From an uncultured virus (IMG/VR IMGVR_UViG_3300018878_000140) (Duplodnaviria > Heunggongvirae > Uroviricota > Caudoviricetes): a stretch of DNA of 64,000 nt. This document shows positions 62,010-64,000 of the stretch, piece by piece (the stretch's first letter is position 1; every line of letters begins with the position of its first letter). The notes under the pieces were generated by a model that had not been told where the DNA came from, ran no database searches, and saw nothing but the letters and a program-made list of their open reading frames with translations. The DNA lies in IMG/VR virus record IMGVR_UViG_3300018878_000140, positions 1 through 64,000 of that record; one strand, 5' to 3'. The position numbers were made by a program, and so were the translations under genes.

Positions 62010-62474
62010 TTAAATATATCTAGTAGCTTCGAAGATAATATCTAAATATATATTTTTTAAATCATCTGTTAATGGTTCCCATATTTTATTTATTATACTA
62101 CTATTTTTAGTATTACGATAAATAGTATATGATATATTTTTATCTGTTATTTCAAATCTATTAGATTTTGGATAATAAGTAACTATAGATTCATTCTTAT
62201 AACCATCAATTGTACAATACGTGCCCATATCTATATTTATAAAATTTATATCATATGTAACACCCCATACAGATTCAGATGGTAACTCTTTTAAACTAAG
62301 CAGGAAAGTAATAATATTATCAGAAGCATCAAATATATCTAAATTTAAAAATTTATTTATATTATTATTTAATAATTTATTTTCTTTATATATAGATACT
62401 ATCTTCCATTTAGGTAACTGATTAATATGAATTTTACTTAAACATATGGCATGAATTAAATTCATAATATTCAA
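62010..62474 (-). CDS. Hypothetical protein
   Basis: 154-aa ORF abutting the upstream gene. Confidence 0.6.
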   Translation of the reverse strand: MNIMNLIHAICLSKIHINQLPKWKIVSIYKENKLLNNNINKFLNLDIFDASDNIITFLLSLKELPSESVWGVTYDINFINIDMGTYCTIDGYKNESIVTYYPKSNRFEITDKNISYTIYRNTKNSSIINKIWEPLTDDLKNIYLDIIFEATRYI

Positions 62475-63197
62475 CTAAAATACCTCCCAATTAAGATTTT
62501 TATATGCATTTTCTATATTTATAATATTATAATATGAATTAACAAGAGAGAGGAATGTATATTCACAGTCGTTAATATATTTTAAATGATCTGGGTTAGT
62601 GAAGTTTAAAACAAATTCATTATAAGAAACACTATTTTTTGATAATTGTAATATAATACATCCATCTATTTCTATACCAAGCTCATTACGAAGCATATAA
62701 CGATATGCGGCTAATTGTAAAATATATTTAAAAGTAATATGATTACTAGTCTTATAATCTACTAAATATATTTTACCATTAATTTCATATAATCCATCTA
62801 ATGTGCCGCCAAAATATTTGCATGCTAAAGATTTTTCATGGAAAATAACTCTTACGTTTGCTGCATTATTTATATCTGTAAACCATTTTAAAAATGATTG
62901 ATATGCATTATAAGATTGATTTGGCATAGATGTAGCATCTGCTTCATAATTATCATTACTTAAAAAGTTATCTATGTTTTCATGAGCATGATGTCCTACG
63001 TTAGCTGCAGCATCTAAAGTTTTAGCATATGATTGATGCTTAAATCCTAAAGAATTAGCCCAATACATAAGTGAGTCTGAATGTATGCATTTTGAAAGTA
63101 TTTTTGTAACTCTGGGTACAATTATACCATTATGAATATAGTCAGATTCTACATTTATAGGTGGCATTTTTTCTAATATTTTTACCATTTCATTCAT
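62475..63197 (-). CDS. PD-(D/E)XK exonuclease (Cas4/lambda-exo-like)
   Basis: PRVTKIL, G...H, E, GGTLDG, LVDYKTS, QLAAY. Start MNEMVKIL overlaps the upstream stop (ATGAATGA). Confidence 0.85.
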   Translation of the reverse strand: MNEMVKILEKMPPINVESDYIHNGIIVPRVTKILSKCIHSDSLMYWANSLGFKHQSYAKTLDAAANVGHHAHENIDNFLSNDNYEADATSMPNQSYNAYQSFLKWFTDINNAANVRVIFHEKSLACKYFGGTLDGLYEINGKIYLVDYKTSNHITFKYILQLAAYRYMLRNELGIEIDGCIILQLSKNSVSYNEFVLNFTNPDHLKYINDCEYTFLSLVNSYYNIINIENAYKNLNWEVF

Positions 63198-63747
63198 TTG
63201 AACTATTATCCCCATAGCGTTTTTCAAATTCTTGAATTGCTTCTTTTGCAATTTCATCAATTGTGCCATATGGTATAAACCATATATTTTCTATAACATA
63301 TTTAAGATTATTGTACACAATTTTTATTTCTTCACTATTTCCACTTTTTACAGTATCTCTTGATATATTACCTAATTCCACAACTACATCTTTATAGAAC
63401 ATTGGTCTTAGTAATAAGCTACTTAAAATTCTATTAATTACCCAAAGTTTACTAACTTGAATAGCGTTAATACCTTCAAGAGCATATAAGCTACCATATA
63501 TTATCTGGCAGCATTCAATAACATGGCGATTTTCAAATGATAGCAATGTATCATTAGTTAAATCTTCAGTATCTTTAACTTTATCAATATATGATTTTAC
63601 ATTTGGAAGAGTCATCAAATACATACCGACTATAGCATTTGGATTTTCTATATTAAAGTTAATTTTATGAACAGGGCTTCCTGATTTGATTTTCTTTAAA
63701 AAATCATTATATTCGTCCATACTAAACTCTTGTTTATTATTTTCCAT
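63190..63747 (-). CDS. Hypothetical protein
   Basis: 185 aa, SD ggagg. Confidence 0.7.
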   Translation of the reverse strand: MENNKQEFSMDEYNDFLKKIKSGSPVHKINFNIENPNAIVGMYLMTLPNVKSYIDKVKDTEDLTNDTLLSFENRHVIECCQIIYGSLYALEGINAIQVSKLWVINRILSSLLLRPMFYKDVVVELGNISRDTVKSGNSEEIKIVYNNLKYVIENIWFIPYGTIDEIAKEAIQEFEKRYGDNSSNE

Positions 63748-63865
63748 TTTTACACGCCTCCATTTTATATCATTTTTATATTAAATGTAGTTAACTTTTT
63801 ATATTTTAAATATTCCAAAATAGCCAAAACATCTTATTAAATAATCATGCAGGAGGTGCTCCAAA

Positions 63866-64000
63866 ATGGCAAAAACATACTCTCAAACATACTTATTTGG
63901 TCAGTATGGAGAATACGAAAAGAAAATATATGAATTTATTATCAATGCGGAACGCATTGATACTAAGAGTGCAGAATTTGATGATATACTTTATGATATT
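63866..64000 (+). CDS. 5' end of a gene running off the window (probably late-expressed)
   Basis: SD aggagg; ATG GCA AAA ACA... open to the window end; AACA-N6-TA at 63828-63839. Confidence 0.7.
   Translation, partial: MAKTYSQTYLFGQYGEYEKKIYEFIINAERIDTKSAEFDDILYDI

Noticed and set aside
5402..62421. Numerous short antisense or nested ORFs inside long genes
   Set aside because: They are shadow frames of well-supported genes and lack SD sequences or motifs.
62475..63197. Cas4 as evidence of a CRISPR-Cas system
   Set aside because: It lacks the four-Cys Fe-S motif and has no cas neighbours; it is an ordinary phage PD-(D/E)XK nuclease.
1..64000. Stop-codon reassignment, inteins or group I introns in core genes
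   Set aside because: Long ORFs are intact under code 11 with TAA, TAG and TGA all used as stops, and no intein motifs or interrupted core genes were seen.

Overview
This is an AT-rich segment of a jumbo (myo)phage genome of the phiKZ/AR9/PBS1-like type. Strong AGGAGG ribosome-binding sites suggest a Firmicutes host (inference), and the genetic code is standard. It encodes a morphogenesis block (terminase, portal, tail sheath/tube, baseplate-like proteins) and a split family-B DNA polymerase. It also encodes split RNA polymerase beta subunits belonging to two RNAPs, NAD-dependent ligase, RecA-like recombinase, DnaB and Dda-like helicases, SbcC/SbcD, GyrA/GyrB, a dNMP kinase, a tubulin/FtsZ-family GTPase, three Trp-repeat paralogs and six tRNAs. 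Two phage promoter motifs recur: NACA-N6-TA (AR9 late-promoter-like) and TATATTATA. The two most unusual observations are: (1) a shared short peptide tag, M-[CV]-x-I-V preceded by K/R/E/V, at or near the termini of about a dozen unrelated non-virion proteins (DNA polymerase, both RNAP beta halves, ligase, DnaB, HTH, Zn-finger and nuclease proteins), which looks like a phage-wide docking or localisation signal; (2) three structured non-coding RNA candidates in the tRNA island that share conserved ends and a loop displaying a Shine-Dalgarno plus AUG, around different internal domains. All product calls come from motif recognition only; no database searches were run.
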